A DNA stretch of 64,000 bases from Bigelowiella natans CCMP2755 (Eukaryota; Protista; Cercozoa). Within the stretch, counting starts at the first letter, position 1. The number at the start of each line of letters is the position of its first letter. The notes under the pieces were generated by a model. The model was not told the DNA's origin. It saw only the letters and a program-made list of their open reading frames with translations, and did no database searches. Positions 50,157-64,000 of this stretch are shown piece after piece. The stretch spans positions 58,219 to 122,218 of the forward strand of contig ADNK01002131.1 of NCBI GenBank assembly GCA_000320545.1, given 5' to 3'. The translations under genes and the position numbers were made by a program.

Positions 50157-50618
50157 ACCTTTGGCCTTCCCGCCGGCCCGCCAACTCGACTTGGGAGTAT
50201 CGTCGGGCTCTTCAAAGAATTCACGATTGCGCCTCTTCTTCTTCATTTTTTCCAAAGCTTTACTTGGTTTCTCTGTCTTGCTGATGAATTCGCTCAGGCT
50301 CTTGCTGAGCTCTCGGTTAAGCTCAATTCCAACGGTCGTGTAGTTGCGCTTTCGAGTGGTATCAAAATCCTCTAAATGAAATTCGAAGTGATGAATATCA
50401 AATTTTTGGACGGGCTTCTGAGCTCTAAGGAGAAGTCTCTGCCGCCGGGCATCGTGGGTGCTGACCAGTTGAAGATTAGTTACACTATTAACCGGTTTTA
50501 TGTTTTGGTTGAGAGTTTTCGTGATTCCTCTACTCCTGAGTCTATGGCAAGGGATTCCAGACACTGTCACCACCCTCTCAGCTAGTACTAGGATTGTGAG
50601 AAATCCTAATGACTGCAT
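50157..50618 (-). CDS. First exon of an unknown protein with signal + basic transit-like presequence
   Basis: MQSLGFLTILVLAERVVTVSG then Arg/Ser/Thr-rich segment. Donor AAAG/gtatgg near 50157 is phase-compatible with an exon near 50035-50090. Confidence 0.5.
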
Positions 50619-51503
50619 CTGGCCAGGTCGAATTGAAGTTATAGCGCAGGGGGGCGGAGACAGATTTTGAGTGTTAGTGGATGATCTGTTTTTTCAAACG
50701 ATATGGCTGGGATTGAAAATCATATGTGCCAGGACTTATCCAATAAAGGACAACGGATAGCCAAAATTACGCTAAAATAGCATCATTTTAAGTTTTAAAC
50801 TGTAGAAGAAGAGTATTTTTCCGTCTGAAAATTGGTGGTAAGTTCCGAAAACTTCAAGTTCAGACTTGTAGAAATTTATTATTATTATATAGCGACAATT
50901 AAATCGATTTGTCGCATTATGTAATTCAATCATCTCCGATTTTTCTGAAAAGATACTTGATTTGAAGACGCAAGGAATGAATTGCGTGGTATTTTCCACT
51001 CGGCCAACACCCTAAATAAGCCGAACATCAATGCAGTCCGAACATAAACGCTCGTTCGAATTGGCCATATTTTAAGCAGAGAACAGCTGAGGCATAATCC
51101 ATATAGAGTTCTTGACCAATAAAGTAAATTGCCCATCGAAAGAAATTTCAAAAATATCATTAGGTAGTTTTTGGGATTAAATCCTGCCTTATCCCTCTCT
51201 GGCTCGCCGTGGTTTGAGTACATTTCGCTGGAGAAGCGGCAGAACAGAATACGGGAACAACGCCGAAGAGTAGAATAAACCCTCCCCCCCCTCTGTTACA
51301 ACATCGTTTTAGCTTATCTGTCCAATTTCGCCACCATCCCTATGTAGCCTGATATTGTTGCGACTATTTACCGAAAAAGCAGGAAAGTCCTGGCCGAGAA
51401 CGAACCCCACGCTGAGGTACTGCGTTTGCCAAGCCACCTATTTCTCGAATGAAACTCATCATATGAAATAATCATAACAAATACCATTAAAGGGGGAGGT
51501 GAA

Positions 51504-51592
51504 ATGATTCACAAGGAGGTGCGATCGGTCGGGTTTGGGTTCTACGATGAGGATGAGATCAGGAAGCTCAGTGTCAAAAAGGTTCTTTCTCT

Positions 51593-51632
<40 letters not shown>

Positions 51633-53182
51633 TCTCCTGCAAAGCTGGCCCCTGTACACCACGTTGTCGAATGATATTGCTATTTTACATCTGCTTCAAA
51701 TCTCGCATCATTCATCTTGAATTGTTTTTAACATTCAGATCACGAGCCTGGATGTGCTCAACAACTTCGGACAGCCGATGCCAAACGGCCTCCTCGACGA
51801 AGCAATGGGGCCCACCGAACCTCTGGCAAGGTCCGTGGCGCAGTAGATTTTCTGTGCAATATTGAAATACACAGTATAATTATGTACTCCCCTTTCATTA
51901 CACCCTCCAATGCATGCACGACTGCCAACAAAACAAGACTCGCCAGATGCCAAAACAACATTCGAATGCTGCCTGGACAGTATCATCATCATCGTCGTCA
52001 TCATCATCGTCATCATCATCATCATCATCATCATCATCCCAGCCAGCATAACCTGAGTAATTTCATCATCAGATGTAAGACGTGTGGGCTTCTCTTCAAA
52101 CATTGTCCGGGGCATATCGGGCACATAGAACTATGTGTTCCCCTCTATCACCCACTCCTGATGCGCCTGTTAGCCAACACGCTTAAAGCAAAGTAAGTGA
52201 GAAAAAGGAGGGGAGTTGGAGGAGAGGGAGGAATTCAAAGAGCTACTGCTTTTATTGTTGCCATTCGTACTATTATGGCCTGGTAGTGCTACGACACAGC
52301 TATTATCGTCTAACCGCGGTTGCTGTTCTTCCTACACATTAGGTGCTTTTTCTGCCACCATTTGAAGCATGATCCTGTTACGGTGAAAGGCTGCCTGGCA
52401 CAGCTTTGCTTCCTGAAAGCAGGCAGATATGAGCTGGCGGAAGAGTAGTCACCCCCTGCCCCCTTCGTGTTGTCTTTCTCTTCCGCCCACTGTCGCTAAA
52501 TCCCCCTCATTTCCAAACAAAGAATGAACCCACACCACTCTCCGCTTACACGCATACGCACATAAACAAGTGCTCCACCCCCTTCCCCCCTCCCCCTCTC
52601 TCTTTGAGGCAAACGCGCACGGAATCTTTCTTATTTGTGGTATGATCTTCAATTAGGGCCAAGTTGTGTGCACAGAGAATGGCTGCCCTCAGTCGTCAAT
52701 GTGCACGGGAATCGAAAAAGGGGTTGCGGGGAAGTTCGAAGAAGGCCGGGAAGGATGGCAAGAAGGAGAATAAAAAGATGGAGGACGAGGATGAAGATGT
52801 GATGCTTCACACTTTCATTGATGAACACGCACCACAACCCCAACAATCCATAAAACCGTGAAAAGTATAAAAAAAAATAGTTTGCCTTGGAGCGACTCAA
52901 AACGAGAGGAGTCTACTGTCATCTCAGTGCACAAAAACAAGGCTCTCTTCTCCTCTATCTCTTCCGCGCCATATATAGTATTTGTTAGACTTGCTGAACT
53001 ATTCATGATGTTCCCATGACCTGCGGTTGCTTGATGGTAAATGCTGCAACGATGCCTTTTCAGGAAGAGGTAAAGGATCCAAACGTAATTCTGGAAAGGG
53101 GCATGAAAAGGTGTCATTATCGTTCAGCTTCTGTAGCTTTAATGAAGACGGGGTCGGAAGAGAGAGAAGAGAAAAAGAGAGG

Positions 53183-53222
<40 letters not shown>

Positions 53223-54442
53223 CAGAGATTTGGTTTATGTGCGTCTACGTGCGCTCCTTTTCTATTCAGTAAAACTAGCCCATCATCAACCGGCTTCTTC
53301 TTCTTCTTCTTCTTCTTCTTCTTCTTCTTCTTGCAATCGCTCTCTGCTTCCCCATTATCATTATTATTGTTATTGTTATCATCATTATTATCTAATAACA
53401 ATAATATTCGCGCAGACTCGACCAACTGTTGGACAGCGCTTTGCAGATGGAAAGCAGTGTCGGTCCTGAAAATGCCCTGAAAACGCCCTACCTACAGCAA
53501 AAACGCAGGGAGGTGAATGCAAAGCAAATTTCATAACTTTCCGTATCACACCCTGCTGTAGTGCCACCACAAGCGCGCGCAGGCCGAATCCAATTGCCTT
53601 AAGAATATTTCAATGATCACCCTCATCATCCACTCATTCCATCTCCTTCGTTCTCATCGTCGTCTATGTTGTCTTCTTCTCCCTTGCCGTCCCCGACGCT
53701 TACCAAAGGTGGTGAGGGACTTCATGCGTGCATGCCCGACCAAGTGCCAGCACTGCGGGGGGATTTCGCCTAAGATCAGGATGGATGGGCCAACGAAGGT
53801 GCCTACGGGAGGGGGCTAGGGGGGGGGGCGGAGAGATGAGAGGAATTTGGAGAGCAAGAATAAGAATAATGACAATCATAAGAAGAAGAATACGTCCCGT
53901 GGCCAACGGCACCATGGCTCATGATGCTCTCTCCTCCTTATGAAACTACTACCACAAAAACGACGACTGTATTCCTCTCTATCAGATATTTCTGGATCCC
54001 ATCCCCAAGAAGGCCACGGCGAGCAACATCGACTTGGGTCTCTTCCTACCGAATGTTTTGGGCGATTCTGGTAAAAACTAATGCTTATTGCCTACGGGTT
54101 GCGATTATGATGAGAGAACAGCGCCAGCATGACTGACCCCAATGACACCATCTTCTACGACGGACAACCACGCGCATTATCGTCTTTCAACTTCAATATT
54201 CTGAACTATTATCGTCGTCGTGTCATTGCACCCCGCAGGCGCGGCTAGCGTGCAGTCTGCAAGACTGCTCTTCCCAAACGAAGCTCGGGCACACATGAAG
54301 CTGTTCTATCAACAAGAATATAACGTTCTCAGCCGACTTTTGCCCCTTGCTGCTCCTGGCGGTGCGGTAGGCCTCTCCCACGACAGAAAGGGAGGGAAGC
54401 GGCAGAATGGGTGCGTGCGTACGTGCTACTACGACACTGCGT

Positions 54443-54493
<51 letters not shown>

Positions 54494-55300
54494 GTACACC
54501 GATGAATCTTGCTTGTTTGGGTGCTCAACGTGTTGCGTTGCCGACCAAAACTTGATTAATAATTTGATGGATCTTGCAGATTCAAGGTATTCTTCTGCCC
54601 CGTGATCATGGTGCCCCCCAACAAGTTCCGACCGATGCAGCGGACGGCCGGGGCCACGTCGTTGCACGCCCAGAACGCCCTCTTCAACACCATTCAAAAG
54701 TACGATCATGAGCTGCGTAGCATTCGTAGGAGGAAGAAGGAGGAGCTGGCCACCTTTATTTCACAGAATGTTGGCGAGGGAGACGACGATGGTGAAAGCT
54801 CTGACGGAAAGGAAGGGACGGGGAAGAAGAAGGAGGGCGTGGTGAAGAAGGAGCAGAAGGAAACGAAGGTATATTATTGTTATTATTATTATTATTATTT
54901 TATTCACTTCGACATTAGAAATGGGCTTTGATTCGTCTTTTCACCGTTGCTGTACGCAACAAGAATCCCCCATCATTGTTCATCGAGCTCCTTCTTCTCC
55001 CTGCGCCTCCTTTTCTTTGTTTTTGTTTTTGTTTTCAATTTTTCCTCTTCTTCCTCCTCTTCTCCCTCTGCTTTCCTTGTTCTCACTATTTATATCCGGT
55101 ACCACAGGACGGTCAAGCAGAGAGGCGCTTCGTGCTCTTCTGGCTCAACATGCAGGATAGCTTCAACATCCTCCTGGATTCGGACAAAAATCGCCGGTAT
55201 GATTGCGGCGGAAGTGGCGATTTTAAATAGCTTCGATAGAGAGGGAGAGGGAGAGGGAGAGAGAGGGAGAGGGGGAGAGATCAGGATGTATAGGGCTGCC

Positions 55301-55341
<41 letters not shown>

Positions 55342-55941
55342 AACACAAATCAGCACACACCCATCAACATTTGTACCGTTATCACGAGCAGGTATGGCGT
55401 CCTAGCGAAGCCTGGTGTGCGGCAGTTATTCGACAAGAAGCGCGGCCTGTTCCGCCAGAACATGATGGGGAAGCGAGTCAACCACGCCGCACGCTCCGTC
55501 ATCTCTCCCGACCCGTACATTCTCGCCAATGAGATCGGCGTTCCAGAGCGCTTTGCACGGCAGCTCACGTATAATGAGCCGGTAAGAGGGAGAAGAAGAA
55601 CAACAACAATAAGAAGAGGAAGGAAAAGATGATGATGATGAAGAGGCAGCATTGCGCTAATGACAATCGTGGAGGGGGGGGGGAGGTGGAGATATCTATC
55701 TATTATTCACTCGCTTTCTTCCCTCCTCCGTCTCTAACCCCTTTCCCCCTCTTCCCTCTCCCCCCCTCTCCCCCCCTCTCTTCCGCTCATTTCACTGAGC
55801 AGGTGACGCAGTGGAACGCCGGCGAGATGGCCTCCGCAGTTGAAAATGGGCCCTTCAAGCACCCAGGCGCCAACTACGTCCTGCTACCGGATGGCGGGAA
55901 GATCGACCTTTCTAAAATTGACAAGGTGATAAATGAGGATT

Positions 55942-55975
<34 letters not shown>

Positions 55976-56167
55976 GCATGTAGGAAGAAGAAGAAGAAGA
56001 AGAAGAAGAAGAAGAGTGATGCTACCACTTACTGCCGCAATGACATGAACAACACGCGCAGGCCCAGCGAGTGGCTCTGGCCAACACTCTCAACACAGAA
56101 ACGCTCGAAGCAAAGCTGCTGCAGAAGGATGGAGGGGATGCCAGTTCTAGATCTACGGGAGGGCTCA

Positions 56168-56205
<38 letters not shown>

Positions 56206-57928
56206 CGATGATAAAGCAACTCGGAACATCAGACTCTTTCGACGATTCACATTCTGTGCGGAAAAGGAGAAAGGCGGTTGTTTGGGACATTTTTGTGCGT
56301 TTACATAAGTGGTTATGATACATCATTGGCTTCTCCTTCTCCTTCTCCTTCTTCTTCTTATTCTTCTTCTTATTTTCCTTCTTTTTGCGCAGGTGGTGTG
56401 CCGTCATCTCCGCGATGGCGACTTCGTGCTGATGAACCGACAGCCCACTCTGCACAAGCCCTCGATAATGGCTCACAAGGCCCGAGTCCTCAAAGGCACC
56501 CAGTACCAGACGATACGGATGCACTACGCCAACTGCAAAACGTAACATGATGCTTGACTATATATGGATATGTCTGTCTGTCTGTGTGTGTGTGTGTGTG
56601 TGTATGTGTGCACTCATGCCGCACCCGCAGTGCCACCTCCCCACGACTGACCATCCCCTGTTCTGCGAAAACTCTGAACCAACACAACAGCTTCAACGCC
56701 GACTTCGACGGCGACGAGATGAACATGCACTTCCCCCAGTCGGAGCTGGCCCGTGCGGAGGCACAGATGCTCGCCAACACCGACAACCAATACGTCAAGC
56801 CGACGGATGGGACTCCGTTGCGAGGCTTGATCCAGGACCATGTCGATGCCGGGGTGCTGCTAAGCTCCAAGAATTGCTTCTTCACCCGAGCTCAGTACCA
56901 GCAGCTTCTCTATCAGGTGCTTGATAGCAACCAACCAACGCAAAAACGGATGATTTGAACAAGCAGCACTACAACCTCCTCCTCCCCCTCTTCCTCCTGC
57001 CCGCCCCTCCCTCTCCTCTATTCCACTGCGCCTTGAGCGTATGTCCACCATAAATATTAACCCCCCTCCCCACCCTTCGTTTCGCGTGCCCGTGAGTAGG
57101 CGGTGTCGGTTATCGTGAAGACGTACGAGCGTGTGCCCATTTCCTGCCCAACGATCCTCAAGCCCGCCCCCCTCTGGACGGGGAAGCAGCTCATGTCGGA
57201 CTTGATCAAATTCGTCGTGGGGTACTACTGATGATGATATGTCGATATGCTATCAGTGCTAGTAAGTAATAGCATCAGGGGAGAGGACGAAGCAAATCCG
57301 AATGAAAACAAATATATCATTTATTTTGAGGGTGGGGGGGAGGTAAGAGGACGGATGGGCATACGCAGATCTTCATTATGTTAGAGAGTTATTCTCATCA
57401 TCGTCATCATCACCATCACATCATCATCATGATCATCATCATCATTCGTCCCCCATTGCTTTTGTTCGCACTCCAGGAAGCAAACCGGCGTTAGTGCGGC
57501 TGCAGCGTCATTTAACATGGACGGCAAACCGAAGCTTCCTAATGATATCTGGGGGAAGGGCAACCCGGTACAACCTCTACTCGGAGACTAATTCTAACGG
57601 CACCATCCAATTCACGCCTCTTCTTCTCCCCTCCTCCTTCGTCCTCATCATCATGATCATAATCACCACCATCCTCTTCTTCTTTTTCTCCTCCTCCTCC
57701 TCCTCCTCCTCCTCCTCCTCCACTCACCCGCTGCTGCTGCACAAACAGGAGGAGAACGTCGTACGGATACGCTGCGGAGATCTGCTGACTGGAGTGCTTG
57801 ATAAGGCGGCGTTTGGGAACTCAAAGAAGGGTCTCGTGGACAACATCAACGCACTGTTTGGAGGGAAAACCGCCAATCTTGTGCTGTCGCTCTTGGGACG
57901 GCTCTTCACCAAGTCAGTCGTATTTATC

Positions 57929-57967
<39 letters not shown>

Positions 57968-58377
57968 GTGTGTCTGTGTGTGTAAATATTAATGTGCTCT
58001 CTCAAATATGGCGTGTTTGTCAACAACCAAAAAGCACCATGCTAATGCTGCCGTGCAATGACAAATTAGGTACATCCAGACACACGGATTTACCTGTGGC
58101 CTCGACGATTTGCTCCTAACGAGCGAGGCGGATCAGCGGAGAGAAAAAGCGCTACTGAAAGGGTGTTGTAGTTATTCGTTTCAAGTAGCTTTTTATTCGC
58201 TTCTTCTCATTCGAGAAAAGTGGTCGTCATACTGATAGCGTGATGATGATAACGACGATGATGAAGCTCCAAAATCTGTTTGTGAGTGGCAAGTCTCTCT
58301 AGATGTGCGTAATCGAAGGGAAGAAGTAAAGGAGGGGCAAAGGGCCGTGAACGGCATTTGTGGACTATTGAGAACAC

Positions 58378-58418
<41 letters not shown>

Positions 58419-59947
58419 CAGCGTCTCGGAATACAGAAATCGGCTGAATTTGTCGGTTTAGAGGCCAAGTCACAACAGGCAGCTGCGACAGATTCACAGG
58501 CTGGTGAGAGATGAAGATCGATGATGATGATGATGAGGAGGATGATGATGATGATGATGAGCCTGAGGAGATTATACATCTTGTATAGTACAATGTAGAG
58601 TCTTTCTCTCTCAACTCATCACCACTCATCACCATCATCATCCACCACCTCTACTAAATACTACTACTACTACTTCCTCTACTACTACCACTATTCATAC
58701 ACAGGGGCGAAGCTGCGAGACGTGGTTGCCTGCAAGATACGAGAGCAGATTGCCCTAAATGCCAAGGAGCACGTGGCGCTTGATAATGCGATGAAGACCG
58801 TCATGGGCCAAACAACGACGAATGTTGGATCTTTGACTGATAGAGCTAGAAGAAGAAGAAGAAGAGAAGGGAGAGGGGCAGGGAGTTTCGAAAATGTCTC
58901 GTTCGATATTGTTCTTTCCAAAATTTAAAATTTTTCTTGAAGTATGTATTCTTCGTTGTCAACTGTACGTCTCTCGCTCCTGCTCCCCCTCCTCCTCCTC
59001 CTCCTCCTCCTCTGCTGCTGCTGTTGTTCTTATCTATCACCTCCTCCTCTTCCTCCATCAACAACACACCTAATGAAATGAATGAATCATCACAGGTCTT
59101 CAAAGCTTGCCTGCCCGCTGGGCAGCACAAGCCCTTCCCGAGCAACATGTTTGCCACCATGGTTCTGTCGGGGGCTAAAGGGAGCAAAGTCAACCATACG
59201 AGTATTTCCTGCCTTTTAGGGCAGCAGGAGTTAGAGGTTGTTATGGCTATAAATAGTACGCTCAGTTGCCACAGGGGGGGGGGGGGGGGGGATGGTGGTG
59301 ACGACGATCATCATGATGATGGCGTGAAGGACGCTTTTCCGAACGAATATTGAACGAATAGGAGTGAGGTGTGCATCGTACTGCAACGAGCATGGGCAAA
59401 CACCATCATCATCTTCATCATCATCATCTTCTTCATGCATGCATGCGAGCATGGATAATAATGAATGAATGGTGACAGGGCCGGCGTGTGCCTTTGATGA
59501 TGAGCGGCCGGACGCTTCCCTCTTTCAAGCCTTACGATCCCTCGCCACGCGCAGGGGGTAGTAATCATCGCTCCCTCCTCCTCCTCCTCCTCCTTCTTCT
59601 TCTTCTTCTTCTTCTTCTTCTTCTTCACAGCAGCAGCAGCAGCAACAACAACATCACCAATGGATGTGATAAATGTATCTTGCTTGCAGCCCCTTTCATC
59701 ATCATCATCATCATCATCATCATGATCGCGCATTATTTAATGGTTCTTTGACGCTCTTTTCCTCTCTTATCCCCCCTCCTCCTTCCTCATCCTTCTTCCA
59801 GGTTTCGTCGCAGATAGATTCTTGACGGGACTGCGGCCTCAGGAATACTACTTCCACTGCATGGCTGGGAGGGAGGTGCGTGCGCGTGTGCTTGCATGTA
59901 CAATCAATGTGTGCGAGAGTGTGTACGTTCCGTATATGTCGGTCTAA

Positions 59948-59998
<51 letters not shown>

Positions 59999-60129
59999 TC
60001 TGTCTCTCTCTCTCTCTGTCTCTCTGTCTGTCCTACATTCCTCCTCTTCAGGGTCGTCTGCGACACGGCTGTGAAGACGTCGAGATCTGGGTATATACCA
60101 CTCACTTATAAATAGGATGATGACGGGGC

Positions 60130-60167
<38 letters not shown>

Positions 60168-60552
60168 CAGTGAGTGTGTCACCGTAGCAGCAGTATAGTT
60201 TGTGTGAAGAAGAAATAAGACCGCATACTCATTAAACCATCACTCCTCCTCCTCCTCCTCCTCCTCCTCCTCCTCCTCTTCCACCATTCGTTGGGGTCCA
60301 AAGTTATCTCCAGCGGTGCCTCGTTAAGCACTTAGAAGGCCTCCAGGTTGCTTACGACTACACGGTGCGCGACACTGAGGGGACGATATATCAATTCAAC
60401 TATGGTGGTGATTCCATCGATACGTCAAGAACCAGTCATTTATACCGCTTCGACTTCCTCAAAGCGGTAATAGGAGAGCACCACCACCACCACCAACAAC
60501 AACATTGATGACAGAAAATACTCAGAGAGAGAGAGAGAGAGAGAAGCTGCAC

Positions 60553-60591
<39 letters not shown>

Positions 60592-61169
60592 GCCCACTAC
60601 AATGGGGCGCCTTCTCCTCGTCGTCGTCGTCGTTGTATTTGACCCTCTTTCTTTCCCGTTGAAACAATCAATCAATTCGTGAACGTTCTCTCTCTTCCTG
60701 ACAGCTGTTGCTTCCTCGAGTTGCGGCCGTCGTCATCGTCGCCGTCGTCTTGCCATTATCGTGATTCCTATCATCGTGACCACCGCCATACTTCTATTAT
60801 TCTTTGGCAGAACTTCCGGTCGCTTCTCCACAAGCTTTCGCCCTCTGCCGCGCTCAAGGGCCTCGATATCAAATCGGTGTCCAAATTCGTCAAGAAAGCA
60901 GCCAAGCGGGCTGCCAAAGAGGGCCTGGAGGAGGGGGGGGGTCATCGTGACCCTGTACTTGCGCAGTTCGCTCCGGGTACATGCCTTGGGGCTGTTTCTG
61001 AGAAGTTCCGAAAGGAGGTTGAGGAGTTCTGCAAAGCGCTGCCCAAGAAGAAGAGTAGCGAGACCTCCAACACGGTCAGTGATGATGATGGTGATGATAG
61101 TGATAATGATGGTTATGATAATGACAATGAGGGTGATAATGTTGATGATGACCTGGCTCTTATCTTAGC

Positions 61170-61227
<58 letters not shown>

Positions 61228-61364
61228 TGAAATCAGGAGGACGTGATCACGCGCAACAAGTTCCGATCTCTGATGTTCCTCAACTACATCAGCTGCCTGG
61301 CTCATCCGGTGAGTAGTTAAATGAGTCAGAGAGAGAAGTTTATTCACTCCCTTCTCATCTTCTC

Positions 61365-61416
<52 letters not shown>

Positions 61417-61631
61417 CCCCTTCTCCTCTCCAACAACATTTCTCTCCTCATTCAAATCCCACCCACTTCCTTACAGTGCCCATCCTCCCCATTCTCATCA
61501 CATTTCATTACTGATATGCTTCAATCGTCTTCGTCGTCAAACCATTCCCCAATGGCAGGGCGAGAGTGTAGGCGTGTGGGCAGCGCAATCAGTTGGAGAG
61601 CCATCCACGCAGATGACACTGAACACCTTCC

Positions 61632-61722
<91 letters not shown>

Positions 61723-61757
61723 ATATATATATATATATATATCTGCCCTCCTGCTGC

Positions 61758-61792
<35 letters not shown>

Positions 61793-62051
61793 AATGACGA
61801 TGACACTGCGGCGTGTAGTTGCTGTTGCTTGTTTTGCTTTGGAATTGGTGTTTGACGACGTATGTGTGTGCTTGTGGGCAGGTGACTCTGGGGATTCCTC
61901 GGCTACGAGAGATTGTGATGACGGCATCAAGGGACATTTCAACGCCCATCATGGAGCTTCCTCTTTTAAAAATCGGTTCGTGTAGTAGTAGTAGAAGTAG
62001 TTCAAGAAGAAGAAGAAGAAGATGATGATGGAATGTACATGGAGAGAGAGA

Positions 62052-62095
<44 letters not shown>

Positions 62096-64000
62096 TGAAA
62101 TGAGGCAGTGGTTTCCTACCACTAACAAAGAAATAAAAGAAGAAGAAGAAGAAGAAGAAGCAGCAGATGATGATGACGATTGATTGGTTGATTGATTCAT
62201 TGAGGGTGAAGCTAATAGTATGGTAGACCCTATCATCCTCCTCCTCCTCCTCCTCCTCCTCCTCCTCCTCTTCAACCTAGAGCAGTAAGACAATTGACGA
62301 TGCCCGCCTTTCCCCCCCTCCCCTCCCCTCCACAACCCCAGGCCCAAAAGGCGGTTATGACCCCGATCTGATCGACAAGGCCAAGGAAAGGGCGCTGCAG
62401 ATGTCCGAATGCACTCTCAGCGACGTGCTTGATTCCGTGCGTGTACGTGAAACCATCAAAGGGCCATTCACAAGGTATAGATTGGAAAAAAAAAAGAAGG
62501 AAAGAATGATGCTAATGATTACGAGGGAGAAGAAGAGGAGGGGGAGAAGGAGGAGGAGGAGGAGAGGCTGCTTGTTGAATATCACATATTGAACGACGAT
62601 GACATCTAACCATCTCTGTTGTATCTCTCTCCCCGTGTTTTGCTTTTGGTGGCGAAGATATCAAATCACCATGATCTACGCCGGTGACGATTCTAAGGCC
62701 GCTCGCAAGCATATGGTTGAGGAGAAGCACTTCAGATTCGGAGTTGAGAAAGAGTTTATCCTCAAAATCCAGGTAGTTTGTTACTACCGCTGCATTTGTA
62801 GCTGTTTACGTTAAGCGAGCTTGGCCGCATTGAAAAGCGTGTGCGCGTTGTAAGCAAGATCGGTGTGTTTTGATTTCGCAGCTTCTTCGGATTGTGTGCA
62901 TTGTGTGTTGTTGTTGTTGTTGGTTATTATCAATAAATTGTTGGGGCGTCGCTTGTTTATTTATGTTGTTGGTATCATCGCGCAAATTAGATGACTTCCT
63001 GACGTATTTCCCCCCTTTTTCTAAGGCTGCCGTGAAGAAGGCCATAAAGGACATCGATAAGGATGAGGCTGCTCAAATGAACATTTCTCTGTCTGCGTCA
63101 CATCAGAGAGACCGCGACGATGTACCCCCTCAAGATAGAGAGGAGGGCGCGGGAGATGGCGAAGCGAAAAAGGGCAAGGATGCGAAAATGGGGCATGAAA
63201 TTGGTGCAGATCACGATGATGACGAGGAGGAGGATGGAAGGAACGATCTCCCATTGCCAGGATCCGAAGAGTGAGTTGTAGTTGTAGTGTTAGTAGTAGT
63301 AGCAGTAGTAGTAGTTTATCACTCGATGATGACTATACAATGGCAATGGTGGTGGTGCTGATGATAATGATGATGATAAGGAAGAGGTACTCCTATGCAT
63401 ATCATCATCGATTCTTAGAAATAAATGGTGAAACGTTGAATAACAACCGAAGCTGGCCGAAGTAAATATTGATATCAATATATATATATATATATATATA
63501 TATTGGTTGTGTGGCGGGGGGGGTGTTGCCTCGAATAACATACCAGGTTTGAGCGGTACCGCAAACGAGCTCAAGAGGAAGAGGAGTATGATGAAGCTGA
63601 TGCCGATGATATCGAGATGGTGCGTCGCGCGGTCAGGAAGAAAAGGGAGGAGGACAAGAAGACGAAGAAGAAGAATAACAACAGCCCCACGAGTGGTAGC
63701 GACGGCAGCAGTAGCAGCACTGGGGCGATGGCGGAGAAGGACCTTGAGGATGATGACGATGAGGAGGAGGACGATGATGATTACGATGATGACGGTAATA
63801 GTCATCGCTAAAGTCTTCTACTTCTATATCCAAATTTGCAATGCAAATCGGAGATATTTGAGTATCATATTGAATAATGGAAAAGCACCTTCATCACTAT
63901 CATCATCGTCATCATCATCATAGCAGCAAGCAGGACATATACCCCCCCTCTCACCTCCCCCCCCCCCCCCCCACCTCCACCCCTTCCTTACTCGTCTTAC
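51504..64000 (+). CDS. RPA1: DNA-directed RNA polymerase I largest subunit, many exons, incomplete at window end
   Basis: [14 protein letters not shown]; [20 protein letters not shown]; [24 protein letters not shown]; [16 protein letters not shown]; [25 protein letters not shown]; [17 protein letters not shown]; [20 protein letters not shown] and the acidic C-terminal insert point to Pol I. Confidence 0.96.

Noticed and set aside
56690-56725. RPA1 FNADFDGD instead of YNADFDGD as a hypermutation product
   Set aside because: TTC cannot arise from TAC by A->G, and the gene is full of intact TA.
44713-63923. Short ORFs with poly-YI, RE, HT, LS, VC or poly-M/I/S tracts, and antisense ORFs over exons
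   Set aside because: They are translations of intronic microsatellites or shadows of real exons.
1-64000. rRNA, tRNA, telomeric arrays or clear giant-virus/virophage hallmark genes
   Set aside because: No recognisable motifs found by eye; degenerate viral relics inside the mutated blocks cannot be excluded.

Overview
Eukaryotic nuclear DNA from an intron-rich protist with GT-AG introns, many of them filled with microsatellites. Two genes carry signal-plus-transit-like presequences, compatible with a secondary-plastid alga such as a chlorarachniophyte (inference only). Recognisable host genes: WASH1, a DHA1/TetA-like MFS transporter, a ZZ/ubiquitin-like/ankyrin protein, an IQCE-like fragment, an LRR-ankyrin-ADF-H protein, a tafazzin-like acyltransferase, proteasome Rpt3 and the 5' part of RPA1 (Pol I largest subunit). 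There is also an intronless cell-surface propeller-like protein. The outstanding feature is three sharply bounded blocks (about 1090-4355, 7780-14500 and 19400-20570) in which the TpA dinucleotide is almost erased, TpG/CpA are enriched and CpG is retained. I found no TA at all in 9212-11520. These blocks hold TE relics: a LINE-like element with OTU-protease and APE-endonuclease domains, and a MITE. In them, conserved Tyr codons read His or Cys, repeat copies differ by TG<->CA swaps, and residual TA is mostly in CTAG. This looks like a repeat-targeted, double-stranded A->G hypermutation at TpA, the reverse of fungal RIP. All counts are by eye and need computational confirmation. No rRNA, tRNA or CRISPR array was seen.
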